Positions 33,741 to 44,925 are shown, counted from the first letter of the stretch. The stretch is 64,000 nt of DNA from Candidatus Eiseniibacteriota bacterium (GCA_963744995.1 CAVUWA010000011.1:451096-515095), one strand, 5' to 3'. Notes: generated by a model from the sequence alone, not told the origin. A program made the numbers and translations.

Positions 33741-35036
33741 ATGAATGGGGTCCGCACGCTGCTGATCGCGGCGCTGCTGGGAACGCTGATGAACGTTCCC
33801 GCGCAAGCGCTCGATCTCGACACCGTGTTCAAAGAGGTCGTGCAGTCCAACCCGTCGTTGAGCGCGGCGCGCACGAAGATCGTGGCGGCCGAAGACCGCG
33901 TGGGGCCCGCCGGCGCGTGGCCGTCACCGATGGTCATGCTGGGCGCCATGAACGTCCCGGTGGGCGGCGGGTTCGACGAGCAGCCCATGACGATGAAACA
34001 GGTGAGCGTGACCCAGCGGGTCCCGGTCTTCGGGCGCACCGGGCTTGCGCGCCGGGCGGCCGGCGAGGGCGTGGTCGCGGAAGCGGCCGCCAGCGAGATG
34101 GCCCAGTACGAAACGCTCGGCATGGCGTGGGAGGCGTACGCACGCGCCTATTACGCGAGCCAGCGGCGCGAGGTCGCCCAGGCGCACCGCCACATCATGA
34201 CGCGCATGGTGCAGTCCGCGCACGCCCGCTACGAGTCCGGAGCGGGCCGGCTGGAGGACGTGCTGCGCGCGGAGGCCGAAGAGGCGCAGGTGCTCGCCGA
34301 CCTCGAGATGTTCAAGGCGGAGGAGCGCGCGGCACGCGCCGACCTGGACGCGCTGCGGGGCAGGCGCGCCGGGGGCGCGCCCGCGCCGCTGGACACGCTG
34401 CCCGTGGTGCGGGTTCCCGCCGATGCGGCCGCGTGGCAGGTGGCGGTCTCCGACCAACATCCGAGGCTCAGGGAGTTCGCCGCCCGCGCGCGAAACAGCC
34501 GGCTGGCGGCGACGGCGGCAAGGCGCATGGCGTGGCCCGATCTGTCGCTGCAGTTCGGCTACGGCTTCCGCGAGACGCTCGTCGGCAACCGGCCGCAGGA
34601 CGACATGTGGACCGCCATGGTCGGGTTCCAGCTGCCGATCTTCGCCGGCCAGCGCGAGCTGCAGATGGGCGCCGAGCGCGAGGCGATGGCGTCCATCGCG
34701 GACGATCAGCGCCATGCGGAAGAGCTGCACCTTCGCGCCCGGGTCGCCTCCATTCACGCGCAGGCCATGGCCGCGGACCGCACGGTCGGACTGCTCGCGG
34801 ACACGGTGGTCGTGACCCAGCGGCGCGCGCTCGACGCCTCGTGGAGCGCGTACACGGCCGGCACCAGCGATCTATGGCGCACGCTCGAAGCGGCGCACGT
34901 TCTCTACATGGATGAAGTGGCCCTCACGCGCGCGCGCGAGTCGCGCGCCAGGGCCGAAGCCAGATTCCTGGCCCTCACGGGCCGTGGCGACCTGATGGGG
35001 GTGACCCTCCCTCCGGTCCGCGGGAGCAACTCATGA
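33741..35036 (+). CDS. CusC/TolC-family outer-membrane heavy-metal efflux protein
   Basis: Signal peptide; AGAWPSP, MTMKQVSVTQRVP, ARYESGAG, LPIF; first structural gene of the HME-RND operon. Confidence 0.88.
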   Translation: MNGVRTLLIAALLGTLMNVPAQALDLDTVFKEVVQSNPSLSAARTKIVAAEDRVGPAGAWPSPMVMLGAMNVPVGGGFDEQPMTMKQVSVTQRVPVFGRTGLARRAAGEGVVAEAAASEMAQYETLGMAWEAYARAYYASQRREVAQAHRHIMTRMVQSAHARYESGAGRLEDVLRAEAEEAQVLADLEMFKAEERAARADLDALRGRRAGGAPAPLDTLPVVRVPADAAAWQVAVSDQHPRLREFAARARNSRLAATAARRMAWPDLSLQFGYGFRETLVGNRPQDDMWTAMVGFQLPIFAGQRELQMGAEREAMASIADDQRHAEELHLRARVASIHAQAMAADRTVGLLADTVVVTQRRALDASWSAYTAGTSDLWRTLEAAHVLYMDEVALTRARESRARAEARFLALTGRGDLMGVTLPPVRGSNS

Positions 35037-36442
35037 ACGACGATCGATCGACTCCGACCGGTGCGGGCCCAGCCGGCCAGCCGCCGCCGCCGCATGATCC
35101 TCACGCCGGGGGCGGGCTGCCCGCCGCCGAACCGCATGCTCCGCCGAGCGGCGCGCGCACGATGAACGGGGTTCGCATGGGCCTGCTGATCGTGACGGCG
35201 ATCGTCGCCGTGCTGAGCGTCGGCATCTACGTGACGTCGCGTTCCGGAGGCGCCTCGGGCGCGAAGCACGAGACGAAAGTGGCGAAGTACCACTGCCCCA
35301 TGCACCCGACCTACACCTCCGACCGCCCGGGCGAGTGCCCGATCTGCGGCATGACGCTCGAGCCGATCGAATCCGGCACGCAGGCCGCGGACGCGGCGAT
35401 ACAGGGCGACGTGCCGGGACTGGCCGGGATTCACATCGAGTCCGACCGGGTGCAGCGCATCGGCGTGCGCACCGCCACCGCGGAGAAGCAGCCGCTCGGT
35501 TCGACGCTCAACGTCGTCGCGTTCGTCACCCCCGACGAGTCACGGCTCAAGCGGGTTCAGCTGCGGGTCGCCGGCTGGGTCGAAGAGCTGAGCGTGAACC
35601 GCACCGGCGAGCAGGTGCGCGCCGGGCAGCCGCTGCTGTCGATCTACAGCCCCGAGCTGTTCCAGAGCGAGCGCGAGTTCCTGATCGAGCTGGAGGGTGC
35701 GGGCGGCGCCGGGAGCCAGGACGATCCGGCGCCCTCCGGCGAAGGCGCATTGGCATCGGCGCGGCAGCGGCTCGCGCTGCTCGGCGTGCCGGCGGAGGAG
35801 GTCCAGCGTCTGGAACGCGAGAAGAAGGCCGAGACGCGGCTCACGCTGCACTCGCCGGTGACCGGCACGGTGCTGGAGCGCGGCGTCACCGAGGGCCAGT
35901 ACGTCGGGCCGAGCACGACGCTCCTGACGCTCGCGGATCTGTCGCGCGTATGGCTGATGCTCGATCTCTACGAAATGGACCTGTCCCGCGTGCACGTCGG
36001 GGACATGGCGACGTTCGTCGCGGACGGCCTGCCGGGCCGGACCTTCAGGGGCCGCGTGGAGTTCATCTATCCGACGATTTCTCCCGAGACGCGGACCGTC
36101 AAGGCCCGCGTCGTGCTGGACAACCCCGGCGGCGAACTGCGGCCCGGCATCTACGGGCGCGTTCACCTCAGCCATCGGGGTGTCGCGGTGCTGGCCGTGC
36201 CGACCGAGGCGGTCATCCACACCGGCGAGCACGACTACGTGTTCATCATGCACGCCGACGGACGCTTCGAGCCGCGACTCGTCAGGATCGGCCGCAGTGA
36301 CGATCAGCGGACCGAGGTGCGCGAAGGACTGGCGGCGGGGGACACCGTGGTGACCAGCGCGGCGTTCCTCATCGACTCGGAGAGCCGTCTGCGCGCGGCC
36401 ATCACCGGAGCCGGCCAGGCGGCCGGCGGCCACCCGCACTGA
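35033..36442 (+). CDS. cusB: CusB-family periplasmic adaptor with heavy-metal-binding domain
   Basis: YHCPMHP...GECPICGMTL; GWVEEL, IYSPEL, FLIDSES; ATGA coupling to the upstream gene. Confidence 0.9.
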   Translation: MNDDRSTPTGAGPAGQPPPPHDPHAGGGLPAAEPHAPPSGARTMNGVRMGLLIVTAIVAVLSVGIYVTSRSGGASGAKHETKVAKYHCPMHPTYTSDRPGECPICGMTLEPIESGTQAADAAIQGDVPGLAGIHIESDRVQRIGVRTATAEKQPLGSTLNVVAFVTPDESRLKRVQLRVAGWVEELSVNRTGEQVRAGQPLLSIYSPELFQSEREFLIELEGAGGAGSQDDPAPSGEGALASARQRLALLGVPAEEVQRLEREKKAETRLTLHSPVTGTVLERGVTEGQYVGPSTTLLTLADLSRVWLMLDLYEMDLSRVHVGDMATFVADGLPGRTFRGRVEFIYPTISPETRTVKARVVLDNPGGELRPGIYGRVHLSHRGVAVLAVPTEAVIHTGEHDYVFIMHADGRFEPRLVRIGRSDDQRTEVREGLAAGDTVVTSAAFLIDSESRLRAAITGAGQAAGGHPH

Positions 36443-36450
36443 GGCCCGCC

Positions 36451-39400
36451 ATGATCGCACGCCTGATCGAATATTGCGCGACGCACCGCGGCATGGTCTT
36501 CATGGCCACGATCTTCGCGGTCGCCGGGGCCGTCATGGCCATCCGCCAGGTGCCGCTGGACGCGATTCCGGATCTCTCCGATCCGCAGGTCATCGTGTTC
36601 ACCGAATGGATGGGCCGCAGTCCGGATCTGGTGGAAGACCAGATCACTTATCCCATCGTCTCCGCGCTGCTCGGCGCGCCGAAGGTGCAGACCGTGCGTG
36701 GACAGTCCATGTTCGGCATGAGCTTCATCTACGTCATCTTCGACGAGGGAACGGACATCTACTGGGCGAGAAGCCGCGTGCTCGAATACCTGAGCTCGAT
36801 CCGCTCCCGCCTGCCCGCCGGGGTGAACCCGGTGCTGGGCCCCGACGCCACCGCCGTGGGCTGGGGCTTCCAGTACGCGCTCGTGGACACCACCGGCCGC
36901 CACGATCTCGCCCAGATCCGGGCGTTCCAGGATTTCAACCTGCGCTATGCGCTGGCCAGCGTTCCCGGCGTCGCGGAAGTGGCGTCTGTGGGCGGCTACG
37001 AGCGTCAGTACCAGGTCGAGGTGGATCCCGCGAAGCTGCACGCCTTCGGGCTCACGCTCGGCGACGTGCGGAGCGCCATCCGGCACAGCAACTCGGACGT
37101 CGGCGGCCGCGTGGTGGAGATGTCCGGCCGCGAGTACTTCGTGCGCGGTCGCGGCTACGTCCAGAACCTCGATGATCTGCGGCAGATCGCGCTCGGCGCC
37201 AACCGGTCCACCGGAACGCCCATTCGGATCGCGGACGTCGCGAACGTCTCGTTCGGGCCGGACATCCGGCGCGGGCTGTCGGAGCTGAACGGTCAGGGCG
37301 AGGTCGTCGGCGGCACGGTCATCGTGCGCTTCGGCGAAAACGTCCTCAACGTGATCAACCGCGTGAAGAAGCGGCTCACCGAGCTCGAGCCCTCGTTCCC
37401 GGAGGGCATTCACGCCAAGGTCGTCTACGACCGCTCCGACCTCATCCATCGTGCGATCGGGACCCTGCGTCACACGCTGTTCGAGGAGGGCCTGATCGTC
37501 AGCCTGGTGATCCTCATCTTCCTGCTGCACTTCCGCAGCACGCTCGTGCCCGTGCTGTCGCTGCCCGTGGCGGTGGCGCTGGCCTTCGTGCCGATGTACT
37601 TCCTCAAGATCAATTCCAACATCATGAGCCTGGGCGGGATCGCCATCGCGATCGGCGCGATGGTCGACGCGGCCATCGTGCTGGTGGAGAACGCCCACAA
37701 GCACCTGGAGTCGGCGCCGCCGGGCGCCAGCCGCGAACGCGTGCTGATCGACGCGGCCAAGGAGGTCGGTCCGCCGATCTTCTTCTCGCTGCTGATCATC
37801 ACCGTCGCGTTCCTGCCGATCTTCTCGCTCACCGGCCAGGCGGGGCGGCTGTTCAAGCCGCTGGCGTTCACCAAGACGTTCTCGATGGCGTTCGCGGCGC
37901 TCGTCTCGATCACGCTGGCGCCGGCCCTGATGTCGGTCTTCGTGCGCGGCAAGATCCGTCACGAGAGCAACCATCCCGTGTCGAAGGTCATGATCGCGCT
38001 GTACAAGCCGTTCGCGTGGGTCGCGCTCAAGAACCCGGGCACGATGATCGCGATCGGGGTGCTGGCGCTGCTGTCCGCGATTCCCATGGGGCTGCGGCTC
38101 GGGCACGAGTTCATGCCGCCGCTGAACGAGGGCGACATCCTCTACATGCCCACGACGCTGCCGAACATCTCGATCGAGGAGGCGAAACGCCAGCTGCAGA
38201 TCCAGGACCGGCTGATCATGCAGTTCCCGGAGGTCGAGTCGGTGTTCGGCAAGGCCGGCCGTTCCGAGACGTCCACCGACCCGGCGCCGCTCTCGATGAT
38301 CGAGACGGTCGTGCGGCTCAAGCCGCAGGACGAGTGGCGCAGGATCGACGTGTCGCGCTGGTACTCCGGGTGGGCGCCGTCGTGGCTGAAGCCGGTGTTC
38401 CGGCCGATCTGGCCCGACCGCAGGCGCATGACGTGGGACGACCTCACCGCGGAGTTGAACCGCAAGGTCCAGATGCCGGGATGGACCAACGCCTGGACCC
38501 TCCCGATCAAGACCCGGATCGACATGCTCTCGACCGGGATCCGGACGCCGATCGGGATCAAGGTGTTCGGCGCCAACCTGGACACGATCCAGCGCATCGG
38601 GGTCGACCTCGAGCGGCTCGTCTCCCGGGTGCCCAACACACGCAGCGTCTACGCCGACCGCAACACCGGCGGGTTCTACATCGACATCGTTCCCGACCGG
38701 CGCGCGCTCGCCCGCTACGGGCTCACGCTCGGCGACGTGCAGGACGTCATCGAAGCCGCGATCGGCGGCCAGCCGATCGACGTCACCATCGAGGGCCGCG
38801 AGCGGTTCTCGATCAACGTCCGCTACCCGCGCGACATGCGCCAGGACATCCAGAGCCTGAACGAGGTGCTGGTGCCGCTGAAAGGAGGGGGCGGCGGGAT
38901 GGGCGCGATGGCCGGTGGCTCGATGGACGCCGCGCCGGCCACGCGGCTGGCCGCGGACGGCATGAGCGACGCCGGAGGGATGGGCGTTCGCTCACCCGGA
39001 ATGCCGGGCCCCGGCGGGTCCGGCAACGCCTGGGAGAATCCGAATCACTGGACGGGCAGCGGCCACATCCCGCTCGGTCAGGTGGCGAAGATCGGTATCG
39101 TCGGCGGGCCACCGATGATCCGCGACGAGGACGGGCTGCTCACCGGCTACGTGTTCGTGGACATGGACGCGTCGCGGCAGGACATCGGCAGCTACGTGAA
39201 GGACGCGAAGACGATCGTGGACAAGGAGCTGCGCCTGCCGCCGGGGTACTTCCTGCGCTGGACCGGTCAGTACGAGCTGCTGCAGCAGATGCAGGCGCGC
39301 ATGCGGTTCATGATCCCGCTGACGATCGTGATCGTGCTGATCCTGCTCTACCTCAACTTCGGGAACCTGACCCAGTCCCTGATCGTGCTGTGCTCGGTGC

Positions 39401-39849
39401 CGTTCGCGCTGGTCGGCAGCATCTGGCTGCTGGCGGCGCTGCACTACAACCTCTCGACCGCGGTGTGGGTCGGGATCATCGCGCTGGTGGGGCTCGCGAC
39501 GCAGACGGGCGTCGTCATGATGGTCTACTGCGACACCTCCTACCACCGCTTCAAACGCGAAGGGCGCATCCGCGGGCTCGACGACATCATCGAGGCCACG
39601 ATGGACGGATCGGTGCAGCGCGTCCGGCCGAAGCTGATGACGGTGTTCGTGATGATGTTCGGTCTGGTGCCGCTGCTGTGGTCGCACGGCGCCGGCGCGG
39701 ACGTGATGAAGCGCGTGGCGGCCCCGATGATCGGCGGTCTGGTGACCTCGGCGTTCCTCACGCTGGTCATCATTCCGGTCGTCTACGCGTACTGGCGTTA
39801 CTGGCAGTTCAAACGGGAGCGGGCTCGCAGCGGCGAAGTCGCCGGCTGA
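36451..39849 (+). CDS. cusA: CusA-family Cu(I)/Ag(I) RND efflux transporter
   Basis: DAIPDLSD, YWARSRVLEYL, GPDAT, MSLGGIAIAIGAMVDA, EFMPPLNEG, TDPAPLSMIET, RIDMLSTG, RVRPKLMT. Confidence 0.96.
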   Translation: MIARLIEYCATHRGMVFMATIFAVAGAVMAIRQVPLDAIPDLSDPQVIVFTEWMGRSPDLVEDQITYPIVSALLGAPKVQTVRGQSMFGMSFIYVIFDEGTDIYWARSRVLEYLSSIRSRLPAGVNPVLGPDATAVGWGFQYALVDTTGRHDLAQIRAFQDFNLRYALASVPGVAEVASVGGYERQYQVEVDPAKLHAFGLTLGDVRSAIRHSNSDVGGRVVEMSGREYFVRGRGYVQNLDDLRQIALGANRSTGTPIRIADVANVSFGPDIRRGLSELNGQGEVVGGTVIVRFGENVLNVINRVKKRLTELEPSFPEGIHAKVVYDRSDLIHRAIGTLRHTLFEEGLIVSLVILIFLLHFRSTLVPVLSLPVAVALAFVPMYFLKINSNIMSLGGIAIAIGAMVDAAIVLVENAHKHLESAPPGASRERVLIDAAKEVGPPIFFSLLIITVAFLPIFSLTGQAGRLFKPLAFTKTFSMAFAALVSITLAPALMSVFVRGKIRHESNHPVSKVMIALYKPFAWVALKNPGTMIAIGVLALLSAIPMGLRLGHEFMPPLNEGDILYMPTTLPNISIEEAKRQLQIQDRLIMQFPEVESVFGKAGRSETSTDPAPLSMIETVVRLKPQDEWRRIDVSRWYSGWAPSWLKPVFRPIWPDRRRMTWDDLTAELNRKVQMPGWTNAWTLPIKTRIDMLSTGIRTPIGIKVFGANLDTIQRIGVDLERLVSRVPNTRSVYADRNTGGFYIDIVPDRRALARYGLTLGDVQDVIEAAIGGQPIDVTIEGRERFSINVRYPRDMRQDIQSLNEVLVPLKGGGGGMGAMAGGSMDAAPATRLAADGMSDAGGMGVRSPGMPGPGGSGNAWENPNHWTGSGHIPLGQVAKIGIVGGPPMIRDEDGLLTGYVFVDMDASRQDIGSYVKDAKTIVDKELRLPPGYFLRWTGQYELLQQMQARMRFMIPLTIVIVLILLYLNFGNLTQSLIVLCSVPFALVGSIWLLAALHYNLSTAVWVGIIALVGLATQTGVVMMVYCDTSYHRFKREGRIRGLDDIIEATMDGSVQRVRPKLMTVFVMMFGLVPLLWSHGAGADVMKRVAAPMIGGLVTSAFLTLVIIPVVYAYWRYWQFKRERARSGEVAG

Positions 39850-39882
39850 CGAACCCGATCGAACACGAGAAGGAGAACGACC

Positions 39883-40308
39883 ATGAAACGCTTCCACTGG
39901 ATCGCACTGGCACTGGTCGCCGTGGCCGGAACGGCCTGGGGGTGCGCGTCGCAGAACCACGCGGCCGACACCGAAAGCCAGACCGCCACCCAGGTGGCCG
40001 AGGCGGCGCTGACACCCGAACAGGCCGTGCAGACGACCGACGCGGGAACGTCGGTCACGCTCTATGTGACCTCCGACGGATTCGTGCCGGCCAAGGTCCA
40101 CGTTCCTGCCGGGAGGCCGGTCACGCTGCACGTCACCCGCAAGACCGAACGCACCTGCGCCACGGAGCTGGTGATGAAGGCGATGAACATCCGTCGGGCC
40201 CTGCCGCTCAACGAGGCGGTCGACATCACGTTCACGCCTAACGAGGCCGGGGATCTCCGCTATGCGTGTCCCATGGACATGGTGGCCGGCACGATCACGG
40301 TGGATTGA
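39883..40308 (+). CDS. Cupredoxin-domain lipoprotein (CupA-like)
   Basis: SD AAGGAG; AWGC lipobox; GFVP, TCATELV, YACPMDMVAG. Confidence 0.85.
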   Translation: MKRFHWIALALVAVAGTAWGCASQNHAADTESQTATQVAEAALTPEQAVQTTDAGTSVTLYVTSDGFVPAKVHVPAGRPVTLHVTRKTERTCATELVMKAMNIRRALPLNEAVDITFTPNEAGDLRYACPMDMVAGTITVD

Positions 40309-40363
40309 GCTGAGGCTTCTCCGCGGCGCCGGCGTCGCAGGTCTCGCACGGGCCTCGCGGATC

Positions 40364-40385
40364 GGGGGCGGGCGTGCCCGCCCCC
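40364..40385 (+). terminator. Hairpin between the cupredoxin gene and copA
   Basis: gggggcgggc/gcccgccccc inverted repeat; no U tract. Confidence 0.4.
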
Positions 40386-40486
40386 ACCGCTTCGCCTGTT
40401 CGTGCATCGGAAGCTCGGAGTAAGCTGCCTTCCCGCGGCGGAGGCCGCGGGGGATCACCGCACCACAGGCCTGCCAGGAGACCTTC

Positions 40487-43165
40487 ATGAAGCATGAATC
40501 GAGCACCGCATCACCCGCGTCCGGAAACGGCAGAGTGTCCGCGGTGCATGAGGCGCTCGAGGATCCCGTGTGCGGGATGAGGGTGAAGCCGGACGGCCCG
40601 CACTTCACCGAGCACGAGGGCCGCACCTACCGCTTCTGCAGCCCGGGCTGCAAGGAGAAGTTCGACGCGGATCCGGCGAAGTATGCAGCGGCGGCGGAGA
40701 CGCTGCGCGATCCCGTGTGCGGGATGACGGTGCAGCCGGACGGCCCGCACGTGACCACGTACGAGGGGCGCACCTACCGGTTCTGCTGCGCAGGGTGCAG
40801 GGCGAAGTTCGAGGCGGATCCGCAGAAGTACCTGTCGGCGGAAGCCGGCGATGCGCACGCCGGCCACGCCCACGCGCATCACGGCGGGCCCGCGGGCCAC
40901 GCCGGTGCCGCGGCGGCGGCGCCCGATGCGTCCGCCTGGGTCTGCCCGATGGACCCCGAGGTGCGCGAGGAGGCGCCTGGAAGCTGTCCCCGTTGCGGCA
41001 TGGCGCTCGAGCCCGAGACCGTGCAGGCGCCGGCCACCCGGACCGAGTGGACCTGCCCGATGCATCCGGAGATCGTGCGCGAGGAGCCGGGCAACTGCCC
41101 GATCTGCGGCATGGCCCTCGAGCCGCGCACGGTGCAGCTCGAACAGGAGGAGAACCCCGAGCTCACCGACATGAAGCGTCGCCTGTGGGTGGCCGCGGTG
41201 CTCAGCGTACCGGTGTTCGTGCTGGCGATGGGCGGCATGTGGAAGAGCGGTCCGCTGGCGGGGCTCGAAGCGAGCGGGATCGCGTCGTGGATCGAGCTCG
41301 TGCTCGCGACGCCGGTGGTGCTGTGGGCGGGATGGCCGTTCTTCGTGCGTGCATGGCAGTCGCTGGTGAACCGCAGCCCCAACATGTTCACGCTGATCGG
41401 GCTCGGGGTGGGCGTGGCCTACGTCCACAGCGTGGTGGCGCAGCTTGCGCCCGGGCTCTACCCGGCGGGCATCCGCGACCACGCCGGGCACGTGCCGGTC
41501 TACTTCGAGGCGGCGGCGGTGATCGTCACCCTGGTGCTGATCGGCCAGGTGATGGAGCTGCGCGCGCGGGGGCGCACCGGCGCTGCGATCCGCGCGCTGC
41601 TCGGGCTCGCGCCGAACACGGCGCGACGGATCGGCGAAGACGGCAGCGAGACGGACGTGCCGCTCGCCGAGGTCCGGGTCGGTGACCGGCTGCGCGTGCG
41701 TCCGGGGGAGAAGGTGCCGGTGGACGGCGTCGTGCTCGAGGGAAAGAGTTCGGTGGACGAGTCCATGGTGAGCGGCGAGCCGATTCCGGTCGAGAAGGCG
41801 GCCGGCGAGCGGCTGTTCGGAGCGACGATCAACGGCACGGGCGCCCTGGTGATGCGCGCCGAACGGGTCGGCTCGGACACGCTGCTGGCGCAGATCGTAC
41901 AGATGGTGAGCGCGGCGCAGCGCAGCCGCGCCCCGATCCAGCGCCTCGCCGACCGCGTGTCCGCGTGGTTCGTGCCGCTGGTGGTGCTGGCGGCCGTGAT
42001 CACGTTCGCGGTGTGGGCGGCCGTGGGACCGCAGCCGCGGTTCGCCTACGCGCTGGTGAGCGCCGTGGCCGTGCTGATCATCGCGTGTCCCTGCGCGCTG
42101 GGCCTGGCGACGCCGATGAGCATCATGGTCGCGAGCGGGCGCGGCGCCACGCTCGGCGTGCTGTTCAAGAACGCCGAGGCCATCGAGGTGCTGCGCGACG
42201 TGGACACGGTCGTGGTCGACAAGACCGGCACGATCACCGAAGGCAAGCCGAAGGTGGTCGAGGTCGGCGTGGCGCCCGGCGCAGGGCTCGACGAAACCGG
42301 CCTCCTGCGCGTGGCCGCGGGGCTCGAGCGCGGCAGCGAGCACCCGCTCGCGGCGGCGATCGTCGCGGCAGCCGCAGCGCGGGGCCTCTCGCCGGGCGCT
42401 GTCTCCGACTTCGAATCGCTCACCGGCCGCGGCGTGCGCGGGAAGCTCTCCGGCCGGATCGTGGCGCTCGGCAACGCAGCGTGGATCGGCTCGCTGGGTG
42501 CGGACACGGGCGCGCTCGCCGAGCGCACCGGCGGCCAGCGCCGCGAGGGTCGCACGGTCGTGTTCGTGGCGCTGGATCAGAAGCTGGCCGGCTGGATCGC
42601 CGTCGAGGACCCGGTCAAGGCCACCACGCCCGATGCGATCCGCGCGCTTCACGAGGCGGGGCTCCGGATCGTCATGCTCACCGGCGACAATCGAACCACC
42701 GCCGAGGCGGTGGCGAAGCGGCTCGGCATCGACGAGGTCGAAGCGGACGTGCTGCCCGAGCGCAAGGCGGAGGTCGTCAGGCGGCTGCAGGGCGAGGGCC
42801 GCCGCGTCGCGATGGCGGGCGACGGCATCAACGACGCACCGGCGCTCGCGCAGGCCGACGTCGGCGTCGCGATGGGCACGGGCACCGACGTCGCCATGGA
42901 GAGCGCGGGCGTGACGCTGGTGAAGGGCGACCTGGGTGCGCTGGTGCGCGCGCGGCGGCTGAGCCAGGCGACGGTGCGCAACATCCATCAGAACCTGTTC
43001 TGGGCATTCGCCTACAACGCTGCGGGCATTCCGGTCGCGGCCGGCGTGCTGTATCCGGTGTTCGGAGTGCTGCTGAGCCCGATGATCGCGGCGGCCGCGA
43101 TGAGCTTCAGCTCGGTGACCGTGATCACGAACGCGCTCCGGTTGCACCGGATGCGGCTCTCGTGA
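40487..43165 (+). CDS. copA: Cu(I)-translocating P1B-1 ATPase with 2 YHS and 2 HMBD N-terminal domains
   Basis: DPVCGM..FC x2; CPMxP..CPxCGM x2; [31 protein letters not shown], MxxSS. Confidence 0.96.
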   Translation: MKHESSTASPASGNGRVSAVHEALEDPVCGMRVKPDGPHFTEHEGRTYRFCSPGCKEKFDADPAKYAAAAETLRDPVCGMTVQPDGPHVTTYEGRTYRFCCAGCRAKFEADPQKYLSAEAGDAHAGHAHAHHGGPAGHAGAAAAAPDASAWVCPMDPEVREEAPGSCPRCGMALEPETVQAPATRTEWTCPMHPEIVREEPGNCPICGMALEPRTVQLEQEENPELTDMKRRLWVAAVLSVPVFVLAMGGMWKSGPLAGLEASGIASWIELVLATPVVLWAGWPFFVRAWQSLVNRSPNMFTLIGLGVGVAYVHSVVAQLAPGLYPAGIRDHAGHVPVYFEAAAVIVTLVLIGQVMELRARGRTGAAIRALLGLAPNTARRIGEDGSETDVPLAEVRVGDRLRVRPGEKVPVDGVVLEGKSSVDESMVSGEPIPVEKAAGERLFGATINGTGALVMRAERVGSDTLLAQIVQMVSAAQRSRAPIQRLADRVSAWFVPLVVLAAVITFAVWAAVGPQPRFAYALVSAVAVLIIACPCALGLATPMSIMVASGRGATLGVLFKNAEAIEVLRDVDTVVVDKTGTITEGKPKVVEVGVAPGAGLDETGLLRVAAGLERGSEHPLAAAIVAAAAARGLSPGAVSDFESLTGRGVRGKLSGRIVALGNAAWIGSLGADTGALAERTGGQRREGRTVVFVALDQKLAGWIAVEDPVKATTPDAIRALHEAGLRIVMLTGDNRTTAEAVAKRLGIDEVEADVLPERKAEVVRRLQGEGRRVAMAGDGINDAPALAQADVGVAMGTGTDVAMESAGVTLVKGDLGALVRARRLSQATVRNIHQNLFWAFAYNAAGIPVAAGVLYPVFGVLLSPMIAAAAMSFSSVTVITNALRLHRMRLS
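40562..40830 (+). repeat. Tandem intragenic duplication encoding the two YHS domains
   Basis: gatcccgtgtgcgggatga...gccggacggcccgcac...cgcacctaccg recurs at 40562 and 40709 (147-bp period). Confidence 0.85.
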
Positions 43166-43230
43166 TGGAGTGAGGGCGCGGCCGGCCCCGAGCCCGGCCA
43201 CCAATTCGGACGGAACGCCAGGAGGAGCAC

Positions 43231-44334
43231 GTGCGACACGGACGTCGTTGGATGGGAATGAGCGCCCTGCTGCCGGCGGCGGCGCTGCTGCTCGCGGCCG
43301 GCTGCGCCGCGCCCCCCGCGCAGGAGCAGAAGACGGCGGCCGAGCGCCCGCCCGTCGAGTGGACCCACGAGGACCCTGCCGAGATGCGCTCGACCGTGGT
43401 GGACTCGGCGCGGGCCTGGATGGTGAGCGGCCACATCCCCGGCGCCGTGATCGCCTACGTCCGGGGCGACAGCGTCGAGTGGGTGGATCCGATCGGCGTG
43501 CTCGCCGCGGGCGGCGACGCGAAGGTGACGCCGGCGACCGTGTTCGAGGCCGCGTCGCTGGGCAAGCCGCTGTTCGCATACGGCGTGATGAAGCTGGTCG
43601 CGGCGGGAAGGATGGCCCTCGACGCCCCGCTCGGCCGCTACCTGCCCGAACGGATCCAGGGCGCCGCGCGCGACAGCGGCGTCACGGTCGCGCGCGTGCT
43701 GAGCCACACGTCGGGACTCGACCTCGACGCCCGGGGCGATGCGCTCACACTGACCTTCGAGCCCGGCAGCCGCTGGGACTATTCGAGCGTCGCCTACGTC
43801 CTGCTGCAGCGTGCGGTCGAAAACGTGACCGGCCTGCCGATCGAAGCGTGGATGCAGAAGGAAGTGATCGGCCCGCTGGGCATGACGCACACGAGCTATC
43901 TCGCCACGGCCCGCAAGCGCCCGGGCGCCGCGGTCGGCCACGACCGCCAGGGAAAGAAGCTGCTCGAGACCCCGTGGCCGCAGGCCAACGTGGCCTCCTC
44001 GCTGCACACGACGGCCGGCGACTACGCGAAGTTCGTGATCGCCTCGTTCGACGCGAAGGACATGTGGACGCCGCGCGTGGTCGCCGACGGCCCGCACGAT
44101 CTGTCGTGGGGGCTCGGCTGGGGCGTGGCCGGCGGCGCGCAACCGGTGTTCCTGCACTGGGGCTCGAACCCGGGATTCAAGTCGCTGGCGGTGGGGATCC
44201 CCGTCGAGCGGCGCGGTTTCGTGATCCTCACCAACTCCGACAACGGTCTCGAGCTGGCGACGGCGCTGTCGTCGCGCCTGATCGGCGCGGATCTCCCGGC
44301 GCTGGGCTTCTTCATGTTGCACCCGACCGACTGA
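43231..44334 (+). CDS. Serine hydrolase (class C beta-lactamase-like) lipoprotein
   Basis: SD GGAGGAG before GTG; LAAGC; ASLGK (SxxK), LSHTSG, WDYSS, HWGSNPG. Confidence 0.9.
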   Translation: MRHGRRWMGMSALLPAAALLLAAGCAAPPAQEQKTAAERPPVEWTHEDPAEMRSTVVDSARAWMVSGHIPGAVIAYVRGDSVEWVDPIGVLAAGGDAKVTPATVFEAASLGKPLFAYGVMKLVAAGRMALDAPLGRYLPERIQGAARDSGVTVARVLSHTSGLDLDARGDALTLTFEPGSRWDYSSVAYVLLQRAVENVTGLPIEAWMQKEVIGPLGMTHTSYLATARKRPGAAVGHDRQGKKLLETPWPQANVASSLHTTAGDYAKFVIASFDAKDMWTPRVVADGPHDLSWGLGWGVAGGAQPVFLHWGSNPGFKSLAVGIPVERRGFVILTNSDNGLELATALSSRLIGADLPALGFFMLHPTD

Positions 44335-44342
44335 AGCGGCGC

Positions 44343-44837
44343 TCAGGCGCTCGTCGCGAGCGCGCGCCGCAGCGTCCACGAGGTGCCGGACTCGCCGGCG
44401 CGGCGGAAGCCTTCCGATTCGTAGAGCCTGAGCGCCGGATTCTGCGGGCTCACGCTGAGGCTCAGGGCCGGAAAGCCGTCTTCGCGCGCCCGCCCGATCA
44501 GGGCGCGCAGCAGCCGGCGTCCGATTCCGTTGCGGCGCTGCCCGGCGACGACGGCGATGCCGAGCTCCGGGGTCGCTGCGTCCACGAAGCCGTACGAATG
44601 CGCCGCGGGCGTCCAGAGCCGGAACCACGCCGCGCCCGCGCGCGCCCCGTCGGCTTCGGCGACGACCGCGCGGTCGCCGCGGCGGCCCCAGCCGGCGAGG
44701 ATGCGTGCGAACTCCGGCTCGCCGCGCACGACTGCGAACGGCGGCCGGGTCATGGCCGGATCCCAGAAGAACGCTTCGTAGAGCATCGTTTCCAGGAACG
44801 GCAGATCGTCGCGGACGGCGGCACGGATGGCGATCAT
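44343..44837 (-). CDS. GNAT-family N-acetyltransferase
   Basis: YGFVDAATPELGIAV, RRNGIG, LSLSV..QNPALRLYE..GF. Confidence 0.9.
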   Translation of the reverse strand: MIAIRAAVRDDLPFLETMLYEAFFWDPAMTRPPFAVVRGEPEFARILAGWGRRGDRAVVAEADGARAGAAWFRLWTPAAHSYGFVDAATPELGIAVVAGQRRNGIGRRLLRALIGRAREDGFPALSLSVSPQNPALRLYESEGFRRAGESGTSWTLRRALATSA

Positions 44838-44925
44838 GGCGCGGACCTCGCGCCGGCGCGCGTCGGGCGCAGGGCTGCCTGCGATCGGCGGACCCGGGCG
44901 CCGGCCCCCGCGCGTGCGCGCGCCC

